Source: Bacteroidaceae bacterium (GTDB lineage: Bacteria > Bacteroidota > Bacteroidia > Bacteroidales > Bacteroidaceae). From it: a stretch of DNA of 44,815 bases. The translations under genes and the position numbers were made by a program. Below are positions 1 through 8,635 of the stretch, in pieces (the stretch's first letter is position 1; each line of letters starts with the position of its first letter). The stretch spans positions 1 to 44,815 of the forward strand of contig JAFYVX010000177.1 of assembly GCA_017558255.1 (NCBI GenBank), in the 5' to 3' direction. The notes below the pieces were generated by a model. That model saw only the letters and a program-made list of their open reading frames with translations. It did no database searches and was not told where the DNA came from.

Positions 1-48
1 ACTCTGATGGTACTGAAGCTGCAGTAATACAAATTCGTCTTTAGTCAT
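1..48 (-). CDS. 5' end of an unidentified CDS that runs off the left edge of the window (MTKDEFVLLQLQYHQS...)
   Basis: Minus-strand ATG at 46-48, open to position 1. A TACCTTTG -7 box lies 39 nt upstream (87-94). Only 16 codons are visible. Confidence 0.3.
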   Translation of the reverse strand, partial: MTKDEFVLLQLQYHQS

Positions 49-86
49 AATAATAGCAGTTTTAACATTGTTGCAATTTTGCAGGG

Positions 87-94
87 CAAAGGTA
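87..94 (-). promoter_or_regulatory. Bacteroidetes-type -7 promoter box (TACCTTTG on the minus strand)
   Basis: The plus strand reads CAAAGGTA, so the minus strand matches the Bacteroides sigma-ABfr -7 consensus TAnnTTTG. It sits 39 nt upstream of the ATG at 48. Confidence 0.45.
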
Positions 95-327
95 CAACAA
101 TAATAAAACTGCTAAAATATGTAGTTTATCGGATGCTTACGGAAGAAAAGCTTTCTTTTTCCAACGCCTAAGAGATATAGTAGAAGGATGGGAATGCAAA
201 GATAGAGGAATACCATTGCTGAGAATTAAGTATGACAAACCATATAATCAGTTTGAAGCAATCATCGATACGTTCATTAAAAGCCAAACATGACGTAAAC
301 ATCCGTTACCTAAACGTATAAATATTT

Positions 328-362
328 AGGACTGACTTGCGATTTTGTTGCAAGCCAGTCCT
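328..362. terminator. Hairpin (13-bp stem with one A:C mismatch, 9-nt loop); candidate terminator downstream of the 406-1062 gene
   Basis: AGGACTGACTTGC (328-340) pairs with GCAAGCCAGTCCT (350-362). Both flanks are A/T-rich. It lies 44 nt past the stop of the minus-strand membrane-protein gene. Confidence 0.4.
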
Positions 363-405
363 ATTTCATTATCTTTAACTTTTCACGTTCACTTCATGCC
401 CACTA

Positions 406-1062
406 TTAGCCTGCCATCAAACCTACGATTGCCAACATGAGTATTACGGCTTCAAAGAAGATGCATACAAATGCCAATGCCGTGTCTGATGACGTAACTT
501 TCCTATATTCTTTTGGGAAAACGACCTTTACATCATCGGAACTGTAAAGAGCACTTATTATGGCAATACCATAGATCAGCCAAAAGATTGGAAACAACCC
601 TGGAAACTGCCCATAAGCCAAAGATACAATTATATTGACCGCATTAATTATTGTACATATCCAAGAATAGACAAGACATAGGAAGATAGAATTTGGTTTT
701 CTCTTCTCTATTCCTCGAGCGCCGATAATGCCAAGAATTCCCAATATCATGCTTGGTGCTATCAAAAGCAATGCCGCCAGCAATCCATAGCTCTCAAATT
801 GCACAAGTACATCAAAAATGGTAAACGCGATGGTTATTACAGAACCCCATAAAACACCCTTGTATATCATACCTATCTTGTCATGATAACCAAGGTCAAG
901 TTTGGACTCGTCCTCTGATTTCCAATGAATACTTTGGGAAGGAAGTGGAACTTCTTCTGTTTGAACATCCACCGACTGAGTTGGTTCCGAACTTACTTCC
1001 TGTAATTTCTCAATCTTGTTTTCATCACCGCTAAGGGTTGAATCGTTTTGCAATGAAGTCAT
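406..1062 (-). CDS. Multi-pass integral membrane protein of unknown function, with an acidic ~60-aa N-terminal tail followed by about 5-6 hydrophobic segments
   Basis: 218-aa ORF with an ATG start. Long hydrophobic stretches include VLWGSVITIAFTIFDVLV, LLAALLLIAPSMILGILGIIGA and FVCIFFEAVILMLAIVGLMAG. I recognise no family. Confidence 0.65.
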   Translation of the reverse strand: MTSLQNDSTLSGDENKIEKLQEVSSEPTQSVDVQTEEVPLPSQSIHWKSEDESKLDLGYHDKIGMIYKGVLWGSVITIAFTIFDVLVQFESYGLLAALLLIAPSMILGILGIIGARGIEKRKPNSIFLCLVYSWICTIINAVNIIVSLAYGQFPGLFPIFWLIYGIAIISALYSSDDVKVVFPKEYRKVTSSDTALAFVCIFFEAVILMLAIVGLMAG

Positions 1063-1217
1063 AATCCTTTTAATGTTTTTTGTATTGAAAATTGTCGAAT
1101 ACGTTTATGCCAATCACAAAATTACACTTTTTCTCGAAAGAAAATCAATCCTAAGAGAAAAAGTTCCATGAGCACTACTTTATACCCGTATTTTCAACTG
1201 TTCTCACGAAATTTTTC

Positions 1218-2906
1218 TTAATAATCTTGTTCTGAATAAGCTCTACTTTCCCTGAACACTATCACAGGCGTTATCTTCTTCAATGTTTCTTGGTCAACAA
1301 TGGAGCTAATAGGAAGAGAGTTGGTAAATTCTGCTCGCATCCAATCATTATTCCATAGTTGCGCAACATCCTTATTTGCTACGACCTGACACAGTCGTAA
1401 TGGATAGGGGGAAGTACCACGTTTCTTGTCTTGTGTGTAGGTCATGTTTTGAAGCCATAGTTGGTTGTAATCAGAATTGGGCTGATTGCAAAGTTTATTA
1501 TACACAAGGTCTATGATGCGCTGCTTCTCATTCATATCATTGAGCGAATCTATCATCCTACTCACAATGCGCAGGACATAGTGTACCGAACCTGCATTTT
1601 CAAGAGCAATCTGTATGCATACGGCAGAAAGGGCACGTATGCTACCACCGGGAATATATTTTGCCCGATTGTACGTCTTTAATTTTGAAAATATACTATC
1701 TGATTTATTCAACTGCGATTCTTCACCAAGTACAATAGTTTTACAATTATCTGTCATTGACCTGTTCTTATCTTCAAACGGTTTCAGCCATTCTTCTATT
1801 CGTTTGTCGATATCCGAAAGCATAGTCCTTACCGAACCGCTATCGGGATACTGGCGAGAGAACATTAGGATGTAAAGCAAATGCTTCTCAAAACTATCAA
1901 AATCAACACCTTTCTTGTTGTAAATTGGAGTATTGTAGATGTAGGCGAGTTTGTCGGCTTTTACTGCATCAGTAACGATACTTTCGCTTATCTTTGTTTT
2001 CTGGCTGTTCATGCGGAAATTCAATCGTTCCAATACCTGCTGTAGTACGTATGAGATTTCCTCAAGCACGTCTTTATTGCTACAAAAGATACGGTAGTCA
2101 TCACGATAGCGAATAATTTCGTAATTAGGGAAAGCCCTACCCTCTTCCTCATATTCCCGCGCTTTCTCCAGCAATGCCTCGTGCAACAGAAGATCTGAGT
2201 ACCCAAGGATTATCTCACCAACAAAGTCAAAAATGGCACTACCTTGAGGTATACCGATGTTGCGACCTTGCTGGAAGGCACGAAGGTATTTCTGTATGTT
2301 TTTTGCTATGGTGCTTTGATTACTTGTCGCATGAGATGTACCTTTCAGAGAAAAAGCCCAGTCAAATGCTTGTGGATTGACTGAACCATAGCAGTTTGTT
2401 ATATCCGTCACAAACATATAGCGATATTCCAATGACAGCTCTATGGAACGCTGCTCCATACTATTCCACCAGTTGTTGATTGTTGTTGCCTTGTGAAATG
2501 CCTCTTTCTCGTTGGGGATAACAGGAATAGCACAAGATGTGATATGCGGGACATTGAATTTCTCGAACAACGTCTTTATAATATGCCAGTTGTTTTCGCA
2601 ACAAACCTCTCGTACTAAAAAATAGTACAGAAAAGGATTGGCAAGAATGATGGGACGAACGGCATAGTGTCCATCCTTGTTCAACAAGATATCAATATTC
2701 ACGTCTGGAAACGACTCAAAAGAAACGCCTTCTTGCAGACACTCCTCATAGGGAGTGGTTCCTAGCTTTTCACGCACATGCTTTAGAACTTCGTCAAACG
2801 TAAAGTATTCAGGTAATTCAAACCCATGATAATGCTCGGATTTCATGAAAAAGTCCATCACTTCCTCATGATTCAAGGTCAGTATGTTTTTCGCCGCTTT
2901 TGCCAT
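1218..2906 (-). CDS. Defence-associated reverse transcriptase (UG/Abi class, RT domain plus helical C-terminal domain)
   Basis: RT motifs: TDITNCYGSV (motif A-like), NIGIPQGSAIFDFVGEIIL (motif B-like), and the catalytic YRDD at 2097-2108 in IIRYRDDYRIFC. There is no group II intron maturase/endonuclease context and no retron-like msr/msd space upstream. The start is set at the internal ATG 2904-2906 (MAKAAKN...), because the longer ORF would overlap the stop of the upstream gene. Confidence 0.8.
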   Translation of the reverse strand: MAKAAKNILTLNHEEVMDFFMKSEHYHGFELPEYFTFDEVLKHVREKLGTTPYEECLQEGVSFESFPDVNIDILLNKDGHYAVRPIILANPFLYYFLVREVCCENNWHIIKTLFEKFNVPHITSCAIPVIPNEKEAFHKATTINNWWNSMEQRSIELSLEYRYMFVTDITNCYGSVNPQAFDWAFSLKGTSHATSNQSTIAKNIQKYLRAFQQGRNIGIPQGSAIFDFVGEIILGYSDLLLHEALLEKAREYEEEGRAFPNYEIIRYRDDYRIFCSNKDVLEEISYVLQQVLERLNFRMNSQKTKISESIVTDAVKADKLAYIYNTPIYNKKGVDFDSFEKHLLYILMFSRQYPDSGSVRTMLSDIDKRIEEWLKPFEDKNRSMTDNCKTIVLGEESQLNKSDSIFSKLKTYNRAKYIPGGSIRALSAVCIQIALENAGSVHYVLRIVSRMIDSLNDMNEKQRIIDLVYNKLCNQPNSDYNQLWLQNMTYTQDKKRGTSPYPLRLCQVVANKDVAQLWNNDWMRAEFTNSLPISSIVDQETLKKITPVIVFRESRAYSEQDY

Positions 2907-2922
2907 AAATGCAATCTTCCAC

Positions 2923-3978
2923 TTAGTATCTCTGATACATGTAATCCACGATTTCTCTGAATACTGGACCTGCCATGCCGCCACCGCTACGAGGCAAACC
3001 TTTCTTGTTCATGCTGACAATTATAGAGTATTTGGGGGCTTCAGCAGGGAAATAGCCACAGAACTCTACAGCATATTCTGTACTGCCTGCATCTTCCACT
3101 TGTTCGCGTATGCCAGAAATTGTTGCAGAACCTTGTACGCCAGCAACCTCAACCTGCTCGGACGATGCGCGTCTGCCCAAACCGTCTGTTATCACATATC
3201 TCAATGCAACCTGTATGCTGTCTATGCTGGACTTGCTGGCAATCATCGGAACGATCGTTTCTGGTTCTCTCTTGAAGAGCGTAGGTCTTACCATCTTGCC
3301 ATCGTTAGCAATTGCATTTATGAAGGTCAAGACCTGTATGGGAGAGATGCGTTGTTTGTCACCAGTACAGTAGAAGGCCAAATCTTCCCAAGAACTATCA
3401 TGCGAAACGAATCTACGGTATGCCTTAAGGCTGTCAAGTCCATCCATCGCTTCCGGCAGACCATAGCCAATGGAATCAATTGCATTTAGGCATGCATCCA
3501 CACTGTCAAAGGCCTTTCGAACATTCTTGTACAGGGCGATGTGCGATGAATGTGCCAGACTCTGCTTGGCAGTAAGTGTGCCATATCCACCCCTATGCCA
3601 GTTATGGTCCTTTAGCACGGTATCCTTCATTTGATAAATGCCATAACTGGTATCTGCTGTATCACTCAAAGCAACTTTTCCACTCTCCAGCATTGCCAAT
3701 AATGTCGCTGCTCGTACCAGCCTTGACTCCTGACTTTTTCCACTCCCGACCATAGCCTTGATTTCACCTGTAGCAACTTCCATTACAATAGCCTGTCCGG
3801 ATGTAGCATTTATTTCTGCCATCTTGTTTTTCAGTATGGTGTCTACTGTGAACTGTAGCGCAGAGTCGATGGTTGATTCTTTTGCGGGGGTGGAACCTGC
3901 TTTGCGCCATTCGGAACAGGACACAATCATTAATACACTTGCAATGATGAACGCAGCATTTTTAATCATGATTTTCAT
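2923..3978 (-). CDS. Lipoprotein with a penicillin-binding-protein transpeptidase-like domain whose catalytic motifs are degenerate
   Basis: Signal peptide plus lipobox (LMIVSC, Cys21). GQAIVMEVATGEIKAMVG is the classic lead-in to the PBP2/3 transpeptidase domain. SxxK reads SRLV (3715-3726), SxN reads SSH, and KTG reads VQG (VAGVQGSA). The tail GGGMAGPVFREIV resembles the PBP3 C-terminus. Confidence 0.6.
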   Translation of the reverse strand: MKIMIKNAAFIIASVLMIVSCSEWRKAGSTPAKESTIDSALQFTVDTILKNKMAEINATSGQAIVMEVATGEIKAMVGSGKSQESRLVRAATLLAMLESGKVALSDTADTSYGIYQMKDTVLKDHNWHRGGYGTLTAKQSLAHSSHIALYKNVRKAFDSVDACLNAIDSIGYGLPEAMDGLDSLKAYRRFVSHDSSWEDLAFYCTGDKQRISPIQVLTFINAIANDGKMVRPTLFKREPETIVPMIASKSSIDSIQVALRYVITDGLGRRASSEQVEVAGVQGSATISGIREQVEDAGSTEYAVEFCGYFPAEAPKYSIIVSMNKKGLPRSGGGMAGPVFREIVDYMYQRY

Positions 3979-4022
3979 GTTGTATATCTACTTTATAATT
4001 TTAAGAAAAGAATGTGAATCAA

Positions 4023-4478
4023 TTACCAAGTATAAGTAGTGCTTCTCTTTGGAACATATGTTTTATTGCCGTTGCTGTTGATGTAGTATTGTCCGCCTCT
4101 GGATCCTGTATGAATAGTCCTCCCACTACCATAATTGTAGGCATCAATGGTGTAATCTCTTGCCACAGAACCCGATGTTCCTGTGTATATGTTTATGTTT
4201 CCGCTTGTGGAGAAATTATCCCAGTTGGTATCGTTTCGCTTTGTCTTGTAATGTCCCTTGACATAGGTTCCGTTGCTGCGCGTATAGCCCTCCTGGTAAA
4301 CAACATTGGTATTGGTGCTGTAGCTGTATGTGTTTAGATTTGAAAAGATGTCGCTGTTTGCAGAAACTGAACTCCTGGTACTTGATACAATTACCGGCTC
4401 GTATGTTGTATAATACTGTGCAAATGCAGATACAGTTGATACGATGACAGCAGCGATTAGAACGAAAAACTTTTTCAT
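4023..4478 (-). CDS. Small secreted Tyr/Thr/Ser/Asn/Gly-rich protein of unknown function
   Basis: Start taken at the internal ATG 4476-4478, which gives the signal peptide MKKFFVLIAAVIVSTVSAFAQ. The mature part contains two related GxYxxxNGTYV / GGQYYINSNGNKTYV segments. Confidence 0.6.
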   Translation of the reverse strand: MKKFFVLIAAVIVSTVSAFAQYYTTYEPVIVSSTRSSVSANSDIFSNLNTYSYSTNTNVVYQEGYTRSNGTYVKGHYKTKRNDTNWDNFSTSGNINIYTGTSGSVARDYTIDAYNYGSGRTIHTGSRGGQYYINSNGNKTYVPKRSTTYTW

Positions 4479-4561
4479 GACTTTTGATATTTGTATGGTT
4501 AGTAATAAATTTATATGATAAATGGGTATGGAATATGTATCAGACAATTCCTTTTCTGTTG

Positions 4562-4569
4562 CAAAGGTA
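4562..4569 (-). promoter_or_regulatory. -7 box TACCTTTG (minus strand) for the 4478->406 gene string
   Basis: Plus-strand CAAAGGTA, 84 nt upstream of the ATG at 4478. I found no closer TAnnTTTG. Confidence 0.4.
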
Positions 4570-4759
4570 CGGCAATAAGTCTGCTCATAAAGAATTGCTA
4601 CAACATTGTAGTCAAAATGCCGTCTTATTCACAAATAAGCATGAAACATTGTAATGGGGCACCTGTACCGTCCAGGCCGATTGCTGCAACATTGCAACAA
4701 ATTCTCCTGCTTATATTGGAAAAATGCCGCAACGTTGCATCTTTTTGCTTTTTATTATG

Positions 4760-4767
4760 TACATTTG
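4760..4767 (+). promoter_or_regulatory. -7 box TACATTTG for the 4794 gene
   Basis: TAnnTTTG match 27 nt upstream of the ATG at 4794. This supports the short start rather than the 4515 start of the ORF track. Confidence 0.5.
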
Positions 4768-4793
4768 TGGACAAAGAATATCACAAAAGGACA

Positions 4794-6182
4794 ATGAACA
4801 AGCTTGAGAAGATTTCAATATCACGTATAATTAGCGATTTGATCAAGGCCGACACTATCATTGATAGTCGCGAAATGGAACTTTTCAAATCGGTCAAGAG
4901 CAATTATAGGTTAAGTCAGGATTGTCTTTGTGATGCCAGGTTCATGACCTTCTCTGATGCGGTAAACAATTTGGCCGTTTTAGGAGAGAAAGAAAAGTTG
5001 GAATTGCAGGAATTGTTCAAGAGCATAACTCTGGCCGATGGCATGTGCAACAGGGAAGAGAGCCTGCTGATGATTGCCCTGCTTTATTGTCTGGAAGGCA
5101 GGAACGAAGCCGAGATGGTGCACGTAACTGTACCTCAGCAAGGCATTCAGTTAGAGACGTCGCAAATCATTTTTATCGAGTCGGAGTATGACGAGGAGGT
5201 GAACAATGTGATTTCCGAAAATTACCAGCAGATTGAAAATGCATTGAGGCTTGCCGGTTTTAATTTTGCATATATACCGCAAATAGCCAAAACCTACATG
5301 AACACCCCCCAAGACCTGTTCTGTTCGGTTATGTCGTTTTTGACCCCCAACTTCAACCACAAGGAACTTCAGCAGGTACAGGAAAAGGTTTCGGTTATGA
5401 CCACCTCGGAATTTTGCAAAAACCAATTGTGCAAGAAACTGCACATAAACTCCCTTTACGATGTTCCGCCATCACTGTTGCTTAAGGTAGGCGAAACGAT
5501 TTCAGACAACAATATCTTTGCCAATTTCCTGAAAATTGAAGTTGGCACCGACATCCTGCATGAAATTAAGCAGTTCATATATCTGTTCACCTCGATGATG
5601 AATGCCGAGTATTCCATCGTGCGCAACATATACAACACTGGTGACAGGTTCATCTATAGCGGTGTCTATAAGCAAATTATAGACTTGTACTTGATGCAGG
5701 AGGACACCATGAGCATAGTGCTGCTGAATCCCAACAAACGAAAAATCACCTTCCCCAAGATACAAGAGGAACTGAAGGTTTCGCGTTCGGGCAAGGCACT
5801 GTATCTGCTGATTTTGCTGGAATCGCTGACAGGTGGACTAAATCTCAACCAACCCCAAAATGCACGTCAGTTGCTGAAACACGAGGAGAAAATGTCCAAA
5901 CTGATGAAGAAATACAGTTTGATATACCAGATGTTTGGTGGCGACGCAGACTGCATTCCCAATTTGTTGGACCCAACCATAAGAAACCCCAAGATATCAA
6001 AGATAAACAAATACCTGCAATCACTGCAATGCAAACTGTCCAACAACGAGGACTATATGATTCATCGCACAGCCGAAGGATTGTATAAAATCAACCTAGA
6101 CACATCTATGATTTTTTATATGAATGACGAGATGATACCCTGGATGCAATCAGAGAAATTGAGGAGGATTGTGTCGATGTAG
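4794..6182 (+). CDS. Protein with a TerB-like N-terminal domain and a ~350-aa C-terminal region of unknown function
   Basis: Two helix pairs carry the TerB signature: IISDLIKADTIIDSREMELF and LFKSITLADGMCNREESLLMIAL (ADG..s..E pattern). Start set at MNKLEKISI (4794), downstream of the -7 box. Confidence 0.45.
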   Translation: MNKLEKISISRIISDLIKADTIIDSREMELFKSVKSNYRLSQDCLCDARFMTFSDAVNNLAVLGEKEKLELQELFKSITLADGMCNREESLLMIALLYCLEGRNEAEMVHVTVPQQGIQLETSQIIFIESEYDEEVNNVISENYQQIENALRLAGFNFAYIPQIAKTYMNTPQDLFCSVMSFLTPNFNHKELQQVQEKVSVMTTSEFCKNQLCKKLHINSLYDVPPSLLLKVGETISDNNIFANFLKIEVGTDILHEIKQFIYLFTSMMNAEYSIVRNIYNTGDRFIYSGVYKQIIDLYLMQEDTMSIVLLNPNKRKITFPKIQEELKVSRSGKALYLLILLESLTGGLNLNQPQNARQLLKHEEKMSKLMKKYSLIYQMFGGDADCIPNLLDPTIRNPKISKINKYLQSLQCKLSNNEDYMIHRTAEGLYKINLDTSMIFYMNDEMIPWMQSEKLRRIVSM

Positions 6183-6189
6183 CAAGTGA

Positions 6190-6228
6190 CTTTCTGTTAC
6201 TTACCTAACGTTGGTAAGTAACAGAAAG
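6190..6228. terminator. Perfect 16-bp hairpin; bidirectional terminator between convergent genes
   Basis: CTTTCTGTTACTTACC (6190-6205) pairs with GGTAAGTAACAGAAAG (6213-6228), with a 7-nt loop. It lies between the stop at 6182 (+) and the stop at 6266 (-). Confidence 0.75.
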
Positions 6229-6265
6229 GGGGTATTGATAATCCTATCGTATTATATCTTAGGCA

Positions 6266-7528
6266 TCAAAAAACATAATCTTCTGACAACAGTCGTATCG
6301 GAGCCTTAGGATTAAGGGTTAAAGATGTTAGATTAGGACAATCGCTAAAAGCAAAGCGACTCATTTTTTGGAGTGATGACGACAATTTTACGGTTGTTAA
6401 TGAAGAGCAATTATCAAAAGCAAAATAATCAATACTGGTAACAGAATCTGGAATATTAATTTCCTTTATAGACTCACACTCTTTGAACGCGTGCGAACCT
6501 ATTTTTTTGACTGACATAGGAATTGTTACCTCATCTAAAGACTTGCACTTGCTAAAAGTATAGTCACATATTTCCGTAATAGAGTTAGGGATGATAATTT
6601 TACTTATAGAAATGCAACCTTCAAAGGCAGCTCGCCCTATCTCCGCTACGGAATCTGGCATAATAATCTTTTTTATAGCCTTGCAACAACTAAACGAACT
6701 AGAACCAATCTTTTTCACAGAACATGGAATAGTGAAATCAACAAGACTATAGCAGTGATAGAAAGTCCAGGACTTTATTTCATCTATAGAGTGCGGAAAT
6801 ACAACAGATTTCAGTTCTTTACATTTACAAAATGCGCTGGAACCTACACTTGTTACTGATATTGGTAATTCTATCTTTGATAGATTTGAGCAATTTTCGA
6901 AAGCGCTGCTACCAATTAAACTCACAGACTGTGGTATTGTCACATTGTTTAAATAACTGCAGTTCTCAAAGGCCATATTTCCTATACATGACACAGTATC
7001 GGGGATCTGTATTTCTGTAAGATTTGTACAGTCCTTGAACGAAGCGTCACATATATATTGAAGTCCTGACGGCAATGTTATATCAGTCAAATACGCACAC
7101 TGACAAAATGTGTTTACCAAACCTACTGTGTCCTCACGCAAAGAATATCTATACTTGTTTTTATCTGTAACTCCTACCGCCCACTTGCCTGCATAGCGTA
7201 CATTTTCGTAAACAGGCAGGGAACTGCAACCCTCGAATGTATTTTGGTAAATATACTTTACCGAAGCGGGAATACTTATTTCCTTAAGCGAGCGACATCC
7301 CTTAAATGCTGCGTCGCCTATTACCTTTAAAGAGGAAGGCAGTGAGATGCTGGTCAAACTACTACAACCGTCAAAGAGGTTTGCTCCAAGTTCCAAAACT
7401 CCTTCAGGAATTTCAACAGACACCAATTCTCCTTTTCTTGATATTCTGTCAACCTTGACAACTAGGTCTGCTCCAACAGGAACTGGGCACTCTTCACCAT
7501 TCCTGTATTTTAAAACTAAACGTTCCAT
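6266..7528 (-). CDS. BspA-type leucine-rich-repeat protein (LRR_5 repeats) with no signal peptide
   Basis: About 14 tandem ~23-aa repeats of the form IxIPxSVxxIGxxAFxxCxSLxx, for example ISIPASVKYIYQNTFEGCSSL and VTIPMSVKKIGSHAFKECESI. Confidence 0.85.
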   Translation of the reverse strand: MERLVLKYRNGEECPVPVGADLVVKVDRISRKGELVSVEIPEGVLELGANLFDGCSSLTSISLPSSLKVIGDAAFKGCRSLKEISIPASVKYIYQNTFEGCSSLPVYENVRYAGKWAVGVTDKNKYRYSLREDTVGLVNTFCQCAYLTDITLPSGLQYICDASFKDCTNLTEIQIPDTVSCIGNMAFENCSYLNNVTIPQSVSLIGSSAFENCSNLSKIELPISVTSVGSSAFCKCKELKSVVFPHSIDEIKSWTFYHCYSLVDFTIPCSVKKIGSSSFSCCKAIKKIIMPDSVAEIGRAAFEGCISISKIIIPNSITEICDYTFSKCKSLDEVTIPMSVKKIGSHAFKECESIKEINIPDSVTSIDYFAFDNCSSLTTVKLSSSLQKMSRFAFSDCPNLTSLTLNPKAPIRLLSEDYVF

Positions 7529-7601
7529 ATTAAGATTTATTTAATGGTTGATGTTTGGTATAATCTTACTAAGTTAAACATCTAAGGCCAAATAGTTGTT
7601 T

Positions 7602-8549
7602 TTAATCAATATTCCAATAATAACTAGGATCACCTTCAAATACACTATCTATATCTTGGTCAGAGTAACCAGCAACATCTTGAGCATACGAACCGCGATA
7701 ACGTTCATATGTTTCATAATCATCATAATCATCATATTGATAATCCCTATAGTAAAATTCTTTTCTCTTTTTAAAGCCTCCCTCGTCTTCGTACAACTCG
7801 TCAAGTATTTCAAAAACCTGGGCTATATAATGATTGTAGACCCTATTTCCGTAAAGTGTCAAAATATTATCTTCTCCATCTGTATCAACACCTAATCGGT
7901 TCATTAAGGTTTCAGCCAAACTCTTCCCATTGCAATCAACGTAGCACCATTTTCTATTTTCATATTCATACTTATATCCAAACTGAAAAAATTCATCAAA
8001 CAGAATGAATGCACATTGATTTTGAAAAATGGAACTCCCCAAATCTGTTGAAAGCATACTAAGACAGTGATGACATATGTAAGTTGGTAGATCCTTTATA
8101 TATAGTTCTTTCATATAAAAATGAGGTGCAGATATAACTCCATATTCTGTAGCCTTTGAAAAGACTTTCGCCAAAACCAAACAGTTTGATTCTTCCAATT
8201 TATCTATATTTGAAAGGGCATCATTTGAGGAATAATGTTTTCTAATATATTCTGGAATATCATCGTATTCAGAATTCATCAGTCCTTTATATTCAGGGTA
8301 GTCATCTGTTAACAATTGAGTATACTTTTTCAAATGTCCTCTTAACCAAAATGAACATGATTCCGCAAATTTTTGCTTATTTTGTTTTCTGTATTCTCCC
8401 CTCAACATATCTTTAATTTCGGAATACAATTCGGATGGCATTTGAGATTTGGAAAAAAATGAATAGACTTTTTTAACCTTAAGAACAGAGATTAAAGGTT
8501 TCCAAAATTCTATACGTATAAAAGTTGGGTCAATAATATATACATTCAT
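7602..8549 (-). CDS. Hypothetical protein with a Tyr/Asp/Glu-rich C-terminal tail
   Basis: 315-aa ORF, co-directional and closely spaced with its neighbours. The tail reads EFYYRDYQYDDYDDYETYERYRGSYAQD. I recognise no family. Confidence 0.5.
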   Translation of the reverse strand: MNVYIIDPTFIRIEFWKPLISVLKVKKVYSFFSKSQMPSELYSEIKDMLRGEYRKQNKQKFAESCSFWLRGHLKKYTQLLTDDYPEYKGLMNSEYDDIPEYIRKHYSSNDALSNIDKLEESNCLVLAKVFSKATEYGVISAPHFYMKELYIKDLPTYICHHCLSMLSTDLGSSIFQNQCAFILFDEFFQFGYKYEYENRKWCYVDCNGKSLAETLMNRLGVDTDGEDNILTLYGNRVYNHYIAQVFEILDELYEDEGGFKKRKEFYYRDYQYDDYDDYETYERYRGSYAQDVAGYSDQDIDSVFEGDPSYYWNID

Positions 8550-8635
8550 GTTGTAGAAAATTAGATAAAACTAACAAATATTACAATAACCGCCTTAATG
8601 CACTGATACTTAAATAGTTAGTTAAGTATTGCACT

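Noticed and set aside
66-293. Stop-free plus-strand frame ending ...DAYGRKAFFFQRLRDIVEGWECKDRGIPLLRIKYDKPYNQFEAIIDTFIKSQT*, reminiscent of the C-terminus of a small PD-(D/E)xK/Vsr-like endonuclease.
   Set aside because: The frame contains no ATG, GTG or TTG-Met anywhere, and it overlaps the promoter of the minus-strand gene at 1-48. At best it is a decayed gene remnant, and I cannot support it as a feature.
1127-1163. 9-bp inverted repeat CTTTTTCTC ... GAGAAAAAG between the RT and the membrane-protein gene, considered as a possible terminator or ncRNA stem.
   Set aside because: The stem is A/T-rich with a 19-nt loop and has low predicted stability, so it is not convincing as a terminator. 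I saw no further structure in the 155-nt gap.
2884-3489. 201-aa plus-strand ORF. Similar antisense ORFs occur at 42147-42752 and 36163-36711.
   Set aside because: Each is antisense to a motif-supported gene (the PBP-like lipoprotein, the OMP and brxL). None has a promoter box or recognisable features.
4515-4793. 93-aa N-terminal extension of the 4515-6182 ORF. Similar extensions occur at 2907-2984 (RT), 4479-4547, 9918-9983, 11511-11549, 12527-12574, 41674-41688 (TTG start) and 43008-43031.
   Set aside because: The extensions run through promoter boxes or overlap upstream genes, and they are Cys/Leu/Ile-rich junk. The internal ATGs give proper signal peptides or conserved N-termini and sit 22-40 nt downstream of TAnnTTTG boxes.
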